Below are positions 1-13,545 of a DNA stretch of 64,000 nt, piece by piece. The notes under the pieces are model-generated. The model did no database searches and had not been told where the DNA came from. It saw only the letters and a program-made list of their open reading frames with translations. The stretch's first letter is position 1. The number at the start of each line of letters is the position of its first letter. The stretch lies in contig OZ024745.1 in the NCBI GenBank assembly GCA_964016885.1, positions 45,198,001 to 45,262,000 of the forward strand, given 5' to 3'. A program made the position numbers and the translations under genes. This DNA comes from Eledone cirrhosa. Taxonomy: Eukaryota.

Positions 1-713
1 GTGTTGTGTCCGTGCTTATGTCCTATAACTTGGTTGTTCGATAAAAAAGAGATCGATGAAATAAATACCAGACTTGAAACACTCTATACCTCAAGGAATG
101 TACCTCAGCACGGTCATAGTCCAATGGCTAAAATCTGTAAAAGAAAAAAAAAAAAGAAAGAAATAACAGAATGTGCGCGAATATGATTATGATTATGTAA
201 ATTTAATCGTACGTATGTCTTCAGACCGTTTCTTCCATTAGTGACCTTATTGAGTGCTTACAGAAGCACATGTCCGTAAATATTTGACTAAATACCGGGC
301 ATTGACTGCCTGTTTCCTTTTTGTGTCGGTTGCGAACGAGGCCTCGGATGTTATCGGACCCAGGATTGCTGTGTTCTTCCGTCAAATGGTATCACATCGG
401 TGGAAGGAGGATGGTATCACATCGGTGGAAGGAGATCCATGAGGTGGAATGGCTGATATAGCGGGTATTACTGGCTATTTGTTCTCCACGGGTGGTCTTG
501 AGAAGTTGGTTTAGTGTCGCAGCTTAGATATACTGTCCAGCTAAAGGTGTACAGTTACTCCGCCCCACCTGTATTCTTTTCCGCCCCCCCCCTTTTCTAT
601 TTTATTTTATTTTCCTCTTTCTTTTTGTCACTTTAAAAAAAAATTAATTCTTATGAAGTATATAATAATTTAGCTAAAATTCTAATCAAAGCGGTTGACT
701 TTATAAGCATTGG

Positions 714-931
714 GAAATTTGAAATGTGTGCGTCCAAACGTAAGTTATCCTAATAGTAGTTGATCACTATAAATAATAACTGAGAAAATCGAGTAAATTA
801 ACCCTGGAGACGGAAAAAGTGGACAGAGGCGTCCCTCCCACCAGAGATGTATTCGATTTTCTCAACTAGTAATTATAATGATCGACTATTATTATGGTCA
901 TTTGCGTTGGGCTGCACACATTTCGAATTTC
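714..931. repeat. Old imperfect fold-back (inverted repeat, arms about 90 bp)
   Basis: gaaatttgaaatgtgtgcgtccaaacg...gagaaaatcgagtaaat (714-798) is the approximate reverse complement of 847-931. Confidence 0.75.
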
Positions 932-1262
932 ATATACTTTATCTAAGTAGGTAGGAAATGAGATTCTGTTATATTCATTCTTCAAGTGGTATCAACCAGG
1001 GATCGAAACTAGCTCGTTATGCCGGCATGTTGTGAGCTTATTTCTCTGCTGTCTGGCTCACATCAGTACTTAAATATATTGATCACTTTTGACTAAGTAC
1101 AACGAATCCCCTGTTACATATCTTATCAGGCGCAAGGATACGAAAGTTTAATTTTTCACCGGCGGGATTTGTATTTGGAAGTAGGGAGGCTATTCTTGTT
1201 AAATACATTGAATGAATATAGCGATATAGTTGACAATTGAAAGTTGAACGGGAGAGACACAT

Positions 1263-1344
<82 letters not shown>

Positions 1345-1363
1345 GTGTGTGTGTATGTATTGT

Positions 1364-1413
1364 TTTTGACTGATCATCCTGTGATAAGTAGATGAAACTC
1401 CATAGTAACAAGA
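1364..1413 (+). ncRNA. Degenerate hammerhead-like motif
   Basis: ttttga CTGATCA ... GAAA ct ccat ag TA acaaga. Core G8 is changed and stem II is weak. Confidence 0.35.
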
Positions 1414-1429
1414 CTCACTGTTTAGCCTT

Positions 1430-1439
1430 AATAAAATGA

Positions 1440-1473
<34 letters not shown>

Positions 1474-2005
1474 GTAGAAGTTATATTTAATTTGTTGGGA
1501 TACAACAAGCAAATATTTTTATAACTGATATAAAGCACTCAACAAATTTTTTGAGTAAAAATACAATATATTAACAAATGGAAAGTATATTTATAAAACC
1601 ATATTTATTTCATTATACATATTCCAAGGACACCAAAGCAAATTATGGTGCGCTTTCATCAGATAAAATATAATCGTTTCTACTTTTGGCACAAGGCCAG
1701 CAAATACCCAGTACATTACTGGTACTTTATTTTATCGACCCCGTAAGGATGAAAGGCAAAGTTAACCTTGGCGGGATTTGAATCAGTTTTATAAACAAAT
1801 ATTGACATACCCTTAAAGAATGCGACCGGGAGCTTCCAACCGACATGGTCGCATTCTTTAAGGGTATGTCAATATTTGTTTATAAAACTGATCTATATTA
1901 TATTTTATCTGATGAAAGCGCACCATAATTTGCTTTGGTGTCCTTGGAATATGTATAATGAAATAAATATGGTTTTATAAATATAGTTTCCATTTGTTAA
2001 TATGT
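1430..2005. mobile_element. PLE terminal-repeat family D, inverted bipartite insertion in (TA)n, with a SINE fragment in the left arm
   Basis: Arms about 1568-1828 and 1846-2003 are reverse complements apart from the SINE at 1674-1783. The left arm extends further. HHR fold in both arms. Confidence 0.8.
1903..1963 (+). ncRNA. Minimal type-I hammerhead fold with GGAA instead of GAAA (mirror copy 1608-1668, minus)
   Basis: ttttat CTGATGA aagcgcacca..tggtgtcctt GGAA t atgt a TA atgaaa. The core substitution probably inactivates it. Confidence 0.65.
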
Positions 2006-2029
2006 TATATATATATATCTATCTATCTA

Positions 2030-2372
2030 TCTAAGGCGGGTAAAATTCCCGAGATCCATGGACGAGTTCTCTCCAGCGGTCTCTGTCCCTCATTATCGCT
2101 GCCATGTCCTGCGTCTCCAACAGACCAGTGTCTGTCCTTAGGGGATCAACATACGTTAACATATGGATGGCTCTGAACATTAATCAGTATACACTGAGGA
2201 TGAAAAACTCAGAGCTGTATGGGAGCATCCCAAAAGTTAGCTCAAAAGTGACACAGAGGAGACTGAGGTTAGCTGGACATGCTCACCGACATCCAGAGTT
2301 GACATTGCACTCAGTGCTCCTTTGGGAGCCCCTACATGGACACACTAGAAGAGGAAGACCAAGGTTAACATA
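2030..2372. mobile_element. RTE-clade LINE 3' fragment with internal inversion
   Basis: 2131-2372 (+) encodes ..RRLRLAGHAHRHPE..LLWEPLHGHTRRGRPRLTY. 2030-2130 (-) encodes the following C-terminus RTDTGLLETQDMAAIMRDRDRWRELVHGSREFYPP* plus an (ATAG)n tail. A tiny 3' copy lies at about 53537-53560. Confidence 0.8.
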
Positions 2373-3343
2373 TATATATACATGCATTCATACACCGAGG
2401 TAAAGCTAGAGAGTCAGAGATAAACACGCATTCAAATGTATTTATTCGAATGTAAGTTTACATGTATCAGGATGGAGTTTCGCGAACAAAATGTAATTTT
2501 GTTATTGTGGAAATTAATACGTGAGACAAATGAAAGAAGAAATAAGCAACATACACATTACCATATACACACACATACAAACACGTATACACACACATAG
2601 ACACACCGGCACACGTGCGCACACATAGACACACGTTCTCTCTATAATACATACACACACACACACAGACAGATACGCACACACATACATACAGGCGCGC
2701 GCACGCACACACACACATATACATATATATATATATATATATACACATATATATATATACATATATATATATATACATATATATGTATGCATGCATATAT
2801 ATATATATACATATATATATACATATATATATATACATATATATGTATGCATGCATATATATATATATATACATACATATATATATACATATATATATAT
2901 ACATATATATGTATGCATGCATATATATATATATATGTGTGTGTGTGTGTAAAGAAACACACGCTACATATGATTTTTACTTTATCTTTATTACTAGCTA
3001 TTCGTTAGTTCATCAAAGTTCTTTCGTCATACATTATGTGACCTCCTCAATGTATATACCAAACCTCGTCGATATCACATTTGCTTTTCATCCTCTTGAG
3101 GTCGATATATAAAGTACTAGTCCAGTCGTTACTCTCCTTAAGTCTTTCTCATTTTCTTTTCCTTATTCTCTTTTTTCTGGAAGAAAATATCCTCAAATTA
3201 GATATATGTTCCAAATGATTGCAGCAGAGCCAAACACACACACATATATATATATATAGAGAGAGATAGCTCATCTCCCAAAATGTATACACACTTCAGA
3301 AAACTTGTAGAAATATTTAACTTGTTTAGATACCGCCCTCTTT

Positions 3344-3395
<52 letters not shown>

Positions 3396-3405
<10 letters not shown>

Positions 3406-3799
3406 AGAACAAAAGATGGTTAAAAGAGTTCCATGTATTTTATTATGCGCATTTCAAAAACAAATATCGTCATGCAATAATATTTGTATTTTCATCAGAT
3501 AAAACAGGAAGACATGATATGAAGATTAAAAAACACTTGTGGATAGTGCAGTTGATTTAAAACTGCACTATCCACAAGTGTTTTTTAATCTTCATATCAT
3601 GTCTTCCTGTTTTATCTGATGAAAACACAAATATTATTGCATGATGATATTTGTTTTTGAAATGCGCATAATAAAATACATGGAACTCTTTTAACCATCT
3701 TTTGTTCTTATATATTATATATACTCCAGTCCTACAAACTGTAGAGTGCTTCTTATCCGATATCTGCATTGTTTTATCGTACTACAATAAAACTCACCT

Positions 3800-3800
<1 letters not shown>
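3396..3800. mobile_element. PLE terminal-repeat family E palindrome in (TA)n
   Basis: Near-perfect arms about 3396-3553 and 3560-3720. The right arm continues to about 3800. Confidence 0.85.
3610..3676 (+). ncRNA. Minimal type-I hammerhead ribozyme (mirror copy 3438-3504, minus)
   Basis: ttttat CTGATGA [long stem II] GAAA t gcgc a TA ataaaa. Stem I is 6 bp, stem III has the palindromic loop GCGC, and the cleavage triplet is AUA. Confidence 0.85.
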
Positions 3801-3884
<84 letters not shown>

Positions 3885-4013
3885 TACAAAAGATGAATTG
3901 CCATGTTGATATATCTTGATACAAAAAATGTACTGTTCAATAATTGAACATATCTTTTCGTGAAGTGTTTATACATTTTATAGGAGGACTCTGTATATGC
4001 ATATGCATATGCA

Positions 4014-4099
<86 letters not shown>

Positions 4100-4104
<5 letters not shown>

Positions 4105-4397
4105 CGATATTAAACAAATGGAAACTATATTTATAAAACCATATTTAATTCATTATACATATTTCGGGGATACCATATTAAAAATATGGCATGCCTTCTT
4201 CAGATATCTGAAGAAGGCATGCTATATTTTTAATATGGTATCCCCGAAATATGTATAATGAAATAAATATGGTTTTATAAATATAGTTTCCATTTGTTTA
4301 ATATCGTATATCTACTCCAAATCTTGTCGAGTGCTTTATATCAGTTATAAAATATTTACTTGTTGTAACCCAACAATTTTAAATAAAACTTTTGCAT
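4100..4397. mobile_element. Family D-related palindrome centred at 4205/4206, with hammerhead cores on both arms
   Basis: tcttcagata|tctgaaga centre; CTGAAGA 4208-4214, GAAA 4246-4249. The stem I 5' strand is truncated by the fold-back centre. The right arm is longer. Confidence 0.8.
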
Positions 4398-4560
4398 ATA
4401 TATATATATATATATATAATTATGTATATATAAATAAATATTCATTCACTAGGCACTAGTAGAAGACACTTGTCTAAGGTTCCACGCAGTGCGAAGTAAA
4501 CAGCTCAACTACACAGCCACACCTGTGCGTCGAATGTTATCAATATTCGAAAAACTCAGA

Positions 4561-4656
<96 letters not shown>

Positions 4657-4725
4657 CGAGGTGAAACTTGAACTGTTAAGGTCTCAATTCCTGGATATGT
4701 CAATATTTATAAAACAAACTTTGTA

Positions 4726-4782
4726 TTTTATCTGATGAGAGCGTACCAAACTTTTGGTACCCTTGAAATATATATAATAGAA
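4726..4782 (+). ncRNA. Minimal type-I hammerhead ribozyme in a family D terminal repeat (about 4658-4907)
   Basis: ttttat CTGATGA gagcgtacca aactt ttggtaccctt GAAA t atat a TA atagaa. Confidence 0.85.
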
Positions 4783-4904
4783 TAAATATGGTTTTATAAA
4801 TAAAGTTTCCATTTATTAATATCATTGAAACTTGTCGAGTGCTTCGAATCTGTTATAAATATATATATATTTGTTGAATTACCAACAAATTAAATATCCC
4901 TTTG

Positions 4905-4945
<41 letters not shown>

Positions 4946-4960
4946 GCACACACATACGTA

Positions 4961-5001
<41 letters not shown>

Positions 5002-5027
5002 GTATGTTTACACATACGTATGTTTAC

Positions 5028-5071
<44 letters not shown>

Positions 5072-5092
5072 GTAAACATTCGTATGTTTATA

Positions 5093-5123
<31 letters not shown>

Positions 5124-5138
5124 GTAAGCATACGTATG

Positions 5139-5196
<58 letters not shown>

Positions 5197-5216
5197 AAAG
5201 CAAAGGGATATTTAAT

Positions 5217-5248
<32 letters not shown>

Positions 5249-5299
5249 TGTAAACATACGTATGTTTACATATATATATATAAACATACGTATGTTTAC

Positions 5300-5394
<95 letters not shown>

Positions 5395-6120
5395 TACACA
5401 CACATACACATATATATGTGTCCAAGCGTCTGTGGTGAGTTTAGCTGAGGAAAAAAACAAAGAAACTAAACAAAACAAAACAAATATAAATTCGAAGTAA
5501 AAGTATGAGGAGTTGTAAGAAGCGGAGATTATGATGAAATATAGTGAATGGCAGCGAGATTTATGGGAGGAGAATACAAGAGGGAGGATGGGGTAAGAAA
5601 GAAAAGTATAATAAAGACTATGGTGAGAAGAAAATATGACAAGAGAGTGGGAGAAGTAGGATGGATTCGAAGTTTCGATGTTCGAAGTCAGTAAACGTTA
5701 TAGTAAAGAACTGGGGTAGCAGGAAGAGTAAGGCAGACGATATAGGAATAAGGAAAGAAAGAAGATATAGAGATTGGTTGAAGTTATTGCAATAGAGAGA
5801 GAGAGTGAGTGAGAGAGAGAGAGAGTGAGTGAGTGAGTGAGTGAGAGGGGGGGGGGGGAGAGGCAGAGAAAAGAAAAAAAGGTGGTAAGATTGGAAGAAG
5901 AGATGAAAAGAGAGAAATAGCAAAGATAGAAAGAAGTTGTAGTGTAGAATAAGAGAGATGGAAATTAATGAGTAGATACATACCAGTGTGTGTGTGTGTG
6001 TGTGAGAGAGTGTGTGTGTGTGTGTGTGTGTGTGTTAGAGAGAGAGAGAATGTGTGTGTGTGTGTGTGTGTGTGTCTGTGTGTGTGTATATATGCATGTG
6101 TGTCTGTAAATATATATATA

Positions 6121-6155
<35 letters not shown>

Positions 6156-6223
6156 CTTTATTTTTTCCCTTCGCTTCCCTTTAGTTACTTTCTATAAAGA
6201 AAGCGTGTGTGTGTGTGTGTGTT

Positions 6224-6267
<44 letters not shown>

Positions 6268-6881
6268 TTAGAGAGTGAGAGAGAGAGTGAGAGAGATTTT
6301 AGAAAGAGAAAGAGAAAGAAAAAAAGAATGGACAATAGGAGGTCTGTGGGAATAAGAGAGCGAAAGAGTGAGCGAGAAGTAAGGAGAAAAAGTGAGGGGG
6401 TGTGACAGAGAGGAGAAAGTAGTGAGAGAAAGAGTGGTTGTTGCAACAACAGCAGCAGCAGTATCAGCAACAGCAGCAGTATCAGCAGCAGCAGCAGCAG
6501 TCGCGGCAACAGCAACAGTAACATAAGAGTAAGAGCAAAAGCAACAACAACCGCGCTACCATCTCTTTGAGAAAGAGCAACAACAACAACAACAACCACA
6601 ACAACAAAAACAACAAAAACAACAGCAACAACAGTCGTAATAAAGCTGAACAACAATAACAACAAAGTTGCAATCAGGAGAGGCGGCGGACTGACAGACA
6701 GATACAGAGACATTAGAGACGGTGTAGACAGTGAGATAGTGAGGGTGGGTAAGAGAAAGGTTGTGCGAATGGAGGATTATTATTATTATTATCACTATTA
6801 TCATCATTACCTGTTATTGCTTATCCGGCAAGCACGGCGTCGACCAGCGCACATGTTGGATTAAATGTACCACGACCGGAG

Positions 6882-6987
6882 ATGAATGGCATGACACGGC
6901 CGGCTTATTGCCTGCCACCCTTATTATGTGTGGACAGTGCGACATTTTTGACAATTTTATTAAGTGTCATATTCAATTGGGCTCCAG
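6882..6987 (+). CDS. Putative first coding exon of a host secreted/membrane protein (signal peptide MNGMTRPAYCLPPLLCVDSATFLTILLSVIFNWAP-G)
   Basis: GAGATG start, 35 codons with a hydrophobic core (FLTILLSVIF), ending CCAG|GTAAAT (phase-1 donor at 6988). Non-repetitive island preceded by GA/CAG/CAA-rich sequence resembling a 5'UTR. No downstream exon identified. Confidence 0.6.
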
Positions 6988-7249
6988 GTAAATAACTTCA
7001 CTTTAATTACAATTCCTTTGTTGTTTTTTTTTTTTACATTTTCTCCTTATATTTTATTTATTAGTCTAAAAAAATTCAAAGAATTCAAAAACATGTTTAA
7101 CTTTTTTTCAAAAAGTTATTTTTGAAAAAAAAAAAAAAGTTTCTATTTCGTATATTTATCATATTTTTACAGATAGCGAGGTAAGGGGGTGGAACATTTA
7201 GAGTTTTTTTTTTACATTTTTGGTTTTGTACATCCGCCGATTCCAACAA

Positions 7250-7530
7250 CGAGTGTTCCAGTTGTACGATCAACACAACAGCTTGCTTGATAATTTAACT
7301 TGCAAGTGGCTGAGCATTCCACAGACACGCGTACCCTTAACGTACTTCACACTGATATTCAACGTAACGCAGTGTGTAATAAAACTGACCTTTTGAATTA
7401 CAAGTCTAATTCATTTATTTTCCCGGCTGAAGAAAGGTGAACTAGAGTATCTTGCTCAAGAATATAATGCTATGCCGGGAATTGAACTCACAAGCACACG
7501 ATTGTGGGCCAAGCACACTTACTATCATGC
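7250..7530 (-). mobile_element. Diverged SINE-B (tRNA-derived head, CORE-like body)
   Basis: Shares the tail gggtacacgtgtctgtggaatgctcagccac with copies at about 16475-16790(+), 25770-26030(-), 29330-29680(+), 49410-49700(-) and 50600-50920(+). Confidence 0.65.
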
Positions 7531-7809
7531 CTCACGGAGAATTAACAAACAGCAAATTTGGATATACATGGATTTTTTTTTAAAACAAGACTGTCAAACA
7601 TCTGTCAAGTTATGTTTGTATACGTTTTTAGGTATGTATGTATATATATGTCTATGTATGTGTTATGTGTGTGTGTATGTATGTATGTGCGTATGTATGT
7701 ATGTATGTGCGTTTGTGTAGGTACGTATATGTGTATGTATGTGTATGTAGTTATGTATGTGCGTGTATGTTTGTATGTATGTGTGTGTATCTATGTATAA
7801 ATAAAAGTA

Positions 7810-8530
7810 TGAATGAGTGTGAATGGCTGTGTGTATATATGTATGTGTGTGAATGTGAATGGCTGTGTGTATATATATATATGTATGTGTGTGAATGTGA
7901 ATGGCTGTGTGTATATATATATATGTATGCGTGTGAATGTGAATGGCTGTGTGTATATATATATATGTATGTGTGTGAATGTGAATGGCTGTGTGTATGT
8001 ATGTATGTGTGTGAATGTGAATGGCTGTGTGTATGTATGTATGTGTGTGAATGTGAATGGCTGTGTGTATGTATGTATGTGTGTGAATGTGAATGGCTGT
8101 GTGTATATATGTATGTGTGTGAATGTGAATGGCTGTGTGTATATATGTATGTGTGTGAATGTGAATGGCTGTGTGTATATATGTGAGTGTGTATGTCTGT
8201 GTGTATATATGTATGTGTGTAAATGTGGATTGCTGTGTGTATATATGTGAGTGTGTATGGCTGTGTGTATATATGTATGTGTGTAAATGTGAATGGCTGT
8301 GTGTATATATGTATGTGTGTGAATGTGAATGGCTGTGTGTATATATGTGAGTGTGTATGTCTGTGTGTATATATGTATGTGTGTAAATGTGGATTGCTGT
8401 GTGTATATATGTATGTGTGTAAATGTGGATTGCTGTGTGTATATATGTGAGTGTGTATGGCTGTGTGTATATATGTATGTGTGTAAATGTGGATTGCTGT
8501 GTGTATATATGTGAGTGTGTATGGCTGTGT
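7810..8530. repeat. Minisatellite with about 34-40 bp units (gtgtgaatgtgaatggctgtgtgtatatatgtatgt)
   Basis: Direct tandem units with variants. Explains ORFs 7638..8186 and 7791..8705. Confidence 0.9.
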
Positions 8531-8615
8531 GCGAAATGTTCATTTTCATTCTTTTATTTACACCATATAACTGTTTAACTACATAGTATAATGTTGATGG
8601 TACACGTGTGTGTAT

Positions 8616-8692
<77 letters not shown>

Positions 8693-8847
8693 TGTATACA
8701 CACACAAGTATTTATCTATTTATCTGTCTCTTTATCTATCTATCGATCTATCTATCTATCTATATAAAGAAAGATATCTATATTTATATATACAATACTT
8801 ACATGTATGTATAAATACTTTTATATATATATACTGGTCTCTCTCTA

Positions 8848-8894
<47 letters not shown>

Positions 8895-9522
8895 ATTGTT
8901 TCTACTTTTGGCACAAGGCCAGCAATTATGCCAGTGTATTACAGGTACTTTATATAATGTATGTATGTAAGTGTGTTTGTGTGTGCGTATATGAGAATAC
9001 ATGTGTGTGCGTATATGAGAATCGTTGTGTGTATATATGTGAGTGTGTGATTTTATTTTAATTTTATTTCTACAATTGTGTCGAAGGTCCGTGAGATGAG
9101 TGAAAACTCTATAAAGTATACTAAGTAGTAAATGAATGTATTTAATCTGTAGTTAGAAGAGATACAATTTAGTGAACGACGGTAATATTTGGCAGGGTTT
9201 TGGGTAAATTGATGTAATAATGTTTAGAGTTTTAAAACTGAAACTAAAGTATATGTCGTGACAAACAGAAAGAATCGAGTTTAACAAGTAAGATCCTGTG
9301 CAGGTGGAATGTCGCTGAAGTGTTTAGAAATGAGAGGGGCTGGCGTTACATGATAATAAAATAGAGATTATGGAATTTCAATTAGAGAAAATATATCAAT
9401 GAAAAGAAAGATAGACTGCTGAATTCTGAGTAAGTTGTAAAGTGCAGATAGGATATCGGACAAAACACCTTACATTAGTATTGAGTTACATAACTTTACG
9501 TCCTGAATTAAACTACTTTTAA

Positions 9523-9743
9523 CCCTTTAGCATTTAAACCGGCCGTATCCGGCCAGAATTCTCTCACTTTTTTCTGTTCAAACTAGGTGTAACTGGCTGC
9601 TCATACTGACATTAAGGTATTGTTCTCAAAATAAACAACATCAAAATATCGTAGATTCAATATTTTGTGAGAATTATGTAAGGTAAAGGTTTTACAAAAA
9701 AAAAATACAACAGTTTATATAAAGTAATGTAAATGCTAAAGGG
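9523..9743. mobile_element. piggyBac-type MITE
   Basis: TIR CCCTTTAGCATTT / AAATGCTAAAGGG flanked by TTAA on both sides (9519-9522, 9744-9747). Confidence 0.85.
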
Positions 9744-10319
9744 TTAAGGGTAAGCTTTAATATGTAACGTTCCGGGGTTAATACTGTCACCTATACAATC
9801 GACTGTTCATTAGTCTTAAATTTCTAACCATCTGCCTCCCTTAGAACCTGTAGAGGGCGGTGGATTGGTAGAATCGTTAGAGAGTCGGACAAAATGCCTT
9901 GCGGTATTTGTTCTGGCCTTTTACGTTAATTGTTCAAATCCCACCAGTTAAATACTGGTGCCGCAATCAATATTACCCCCACCCCAAATATCTGGTCTAG
10001 AAATCGTATGTGTGTATGTCTATATTTGCATGTGTATAGGTTTGTGTGTGTGTGTGTGTATGTATATATATATATATATATTTATGTAAATGTAAATGTG
10101 TGTGTATGTGTCTTCGACCTTATGCGTGTTGGATGGTATATATGTAAGTCATATAAAGATATGCATTGTATATAATATGTGTGTGTATATATATTTGCAT
10201 TGTATATAATATGTGTGTATATATATATATATGTGTGTGTGAATGAAGTAATTCCGTCGGAAAGGTCCAGGAAAAAAGAGTGCTCTATGTAGGTTACAGA
10301 GCTTAATAGTTATGTAATA

Positions 10320-10370
<51 letters not shown>

Positions 10371-11204
10371 CACACACACACTTTGATATATATGTATTCA
10401 TTTTATATAATTCTATATTTTATCACAAAGTGGCTCTTACAGGACTAGTTCTGCTTACACACACATGTGTGTGTGTGTATGGACGCACACATACACGGGT
10501 GTATGTGTACATGCAGTGTTTGTATGTTATTCTAAACACATGTACTAGCATGGATGTAGTGTTGTGTATATGTGTAGGAATAGCTGATACGGAGGAGTGT
10601 AAGATTGTGAATGGGATTTATGAATGGAATTACGCACACACTCACTAAATAACTAAACATCGAAAAAAAAACAAAACAAAGAAAAGGAAGAAAGAAAGAA
10701 AGAAAGAACAGTTATAAATTCTTCCTCTTCCTAAGCTTTATCACATTCCTCTCCCCTTCGTTGCTGTTTGTAAGAAGGTGGGACGGAAGCAAGGGATGGG
10801 GTTGGTGTGGCTTTGAAACAATATTGTTAATAACTGTTTCTACTTTTTGGCACAAGGCCAGCAAATTAACCAGTGCATTACTGGTACTTTATGTTATCGA
10901 CCCCGTAAGGACGAAAGGCAAAGTTAACCTCGGCGAGATTTGTTAATAACACTCTTCAAAATATGTGTTTAGTATTAATATTATGAAATCTCGTACTGGA
11001 GACTGTTGAACTGTATAAAAGTTGTCGGCGAATCACGGCAGAAAATGTAGCTGCAGTTGGTAGTTGCAACGATTTTACTGCACTTTATGTTATGGGAATA
11101 TCCTCATCTTTACTGCACTGTTAAACTTAGAGAATATAGTGGAACTTTGTTGGTTAGCTTTGATTATGAAATCATGTAACTGCTCTAAGATGGTAACTGC
11201 TCTA

Positions 11205-11242
11205 AGCAGTAGTAGTAGTAGCACAAGTAGCAGTAGCAGTAA

Positions 11243-11298
<56 letters not shown>

Positions 11299-11408
11299 GT
11301 AGTAGTAGTAGTAGTATTAGCAACATCATCATCATCAGTAATAGTATTAGTAGTAGTAGTAGCGGCGGTGGTGATGGTAGTAGTAATAGTACAAGCAGCA
11401 ACATCATC

Positions 11409-11449
<41 letters not shown>

Positions 11450-11560
11450 CAACATCATCATCATCAGTAATAGTATTAGTAGTAGTAGTAGCGGCGGTGG
11501 TGATGGTAGTAGTAATAGTACAAGCAGCAACATCATCAGTAGTAGTAATAGTAGTAGTAT

Positions 11561-11592
<32 letters not shown>
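11205..11592. repeat. (TAG/TAC/CAT)n compound microsatellite with a tandem duplication of about 129 bp
   Basis: Block tattagcaacatcatc...caagcagcaacatcatcagt repeated at about 11314 and 11443. Confidence 0.85.
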
Positions 11593-12291
11593 TAGGTTAT
11601 GGAAGCCGCAGAAGCGGTAGAGCGCTGTGCTGAACGGCGTGCATTTTTTTTTTCGTTTCTTATTTTTTCTATCTGATTTCAAATCTGGCCAGGTATCGAC
11701 CAACGTTCGATAAATACCAGTAATATACTGTACTAAATTGAATCGAGCCCCTTATTTTCCTACAGACGTGTGGCTTTGTGCCAAACTTGGAAATCATTAC
11801 TATTAACAGTGGAATAACTATTACAACTTGTAATAAGTCATATAATCTATTGTAACAGACGAGACACAAACGTCACTACTATGTATGTATGTATGTATGT
11901 GTGTATGTGTGTATGTGTGTGTGTATGTATATGTATGTATGTATATGTATGTATGTGTGTGTGTATGTGTGTATGTATGTGTGTGTATGTATATGTATGT
12001 ATGTGTGTGTGTATGTATGTGTGTGTGTATGTGTGTGTATGTATATGTACGTATGTGTGTGTGTATGTGTGTATGTGTGTATGTGTGTGTATGTATGTAT
12101 GTGTGTGTGTGTATGTATGTGTGTGTGTATGTGTATGTGTGTGTGTATTAATGCGTATTATGTATGTGTGCGTATGTATGTATATATATATGTATGTGTG
12201 CATGTATATGTGAATGTATGTATGTATATGTAATATGTGGAAATATGAATGTATATATGTATGTATGTACGTACGTACGTACGTATGTATG

Positions 12292-12441
12292 TTTTCTCTT
12301 TCTCTTAATTTCGAGTATATTTTTTTGACCGGCCACCTTCCTGGTGGCAAGGTTGTAAAAGAAAAGAAATTGTCATCCCTTGAATCGCAAGAATGTTTTG
12401 CATATTTTGAAGGTGCCAGCTATCGCAGCCATTTGTAGACT
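12292..12441 (-). mobile_element. 5'-truncated 3' end of an RLE-type (R4-like) LINE in (TATG)n; shorter copy at 12780-12853
   Basis: Matches the 3' ends at 52538 and 52932. Encodes ..LQMAAIAGTFKICKTFLRFKG*. Confidence 0.85.
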
Positions 12442-12667
12442 ATGTATGTATGTATGTATGTATGTATGTATGTATGTATGTATGTATGTATGTATGTATG
12501 TATATGTGAATGTATGTATGTATATGTAATATGTGGATATGTGAATGTATATATGTATGTATGTACGTACGTACGTATGTATGTATGTATGTATGTATGT
12601 ATGTATGTATGTATGTATGTATGTATGTATGTATGTATGTGTATGTGACTATGTGTATATGTGAATG

Positions 12668-12701
<34 letters not shown>

Positions 12702-13157
12702 TGTATGTATGTATGTATATGTATGTATATGTAATATGTGGATATGTGAATGTATATATGTATGTATGTATGTATGTATCTCTTTCTCTTAATTTCGAGT
12801 ATATTTTTTTGACCGGCCACCTTCCTGGTGGCAAGGTTGTAAAAGAAAAGAAATGTATGTATGTATGTATGTATGTATGTATGTATGTATGTATGTATGT
12901 ATGTATGTATGTATGTATGTATGTATGTATGTATGTGACTATGTGTATATGTGAATGTATATATGTATGTATGTATATGTGAATGTATGTATGTATATAT
13001 GCACACATGTATGTATGCATAGATCCGTAACTTTTTAAGTCGTTGTGACTTGAGTATTTAAAATCTGGTGGAGCCCATCTCCTCTCCAGCCGCTTTCTAC
13101 AGAGAAGAATATAGAGAGAGATAGATAGATAGATAGAGAGTGAGAGAGAGAGAGAGA

Positions 13158-13201
<44 letters not shown>

Positions 13202-13303
13202 GAGTTATACTTGGATATATATACTTGGATATATATAGAGAGAGTAAAGGCTAGAAAGAGAGATATATATAGAGAGAGAGCGAGAGCGAGAGGGAGAGAG
13301 AGA

Positions 13304-13367
<64 letters not shown>

Positions 13368-13502
13368 ATTATTGTTTTAACATCCATTTTATTTTGCAAC
13401 AACAAAATTGAGATTTGATTTAGTTATACTTGGATATGCAATGCACAGCTTGGATGAACTGGGGGAGAAACAGTAACTGGACGTTACAATCCCTAGATAT
13501 AT

Positions 13503-13545
<43 letters not shown>

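Noticed and set aside
3396-3800. Palindromes as pre-miRNAs or TIR MITEs
   Set aside because: Arms are asymmetric in length, centres vary between copies of one family, and they carry PLE-type hammerheads.
6192-6713. 173-aa hydrophobic minus-strand ORF
   Set aside because: Antisense of CAG/CAA/GA repeats in the probable 5'UTR.
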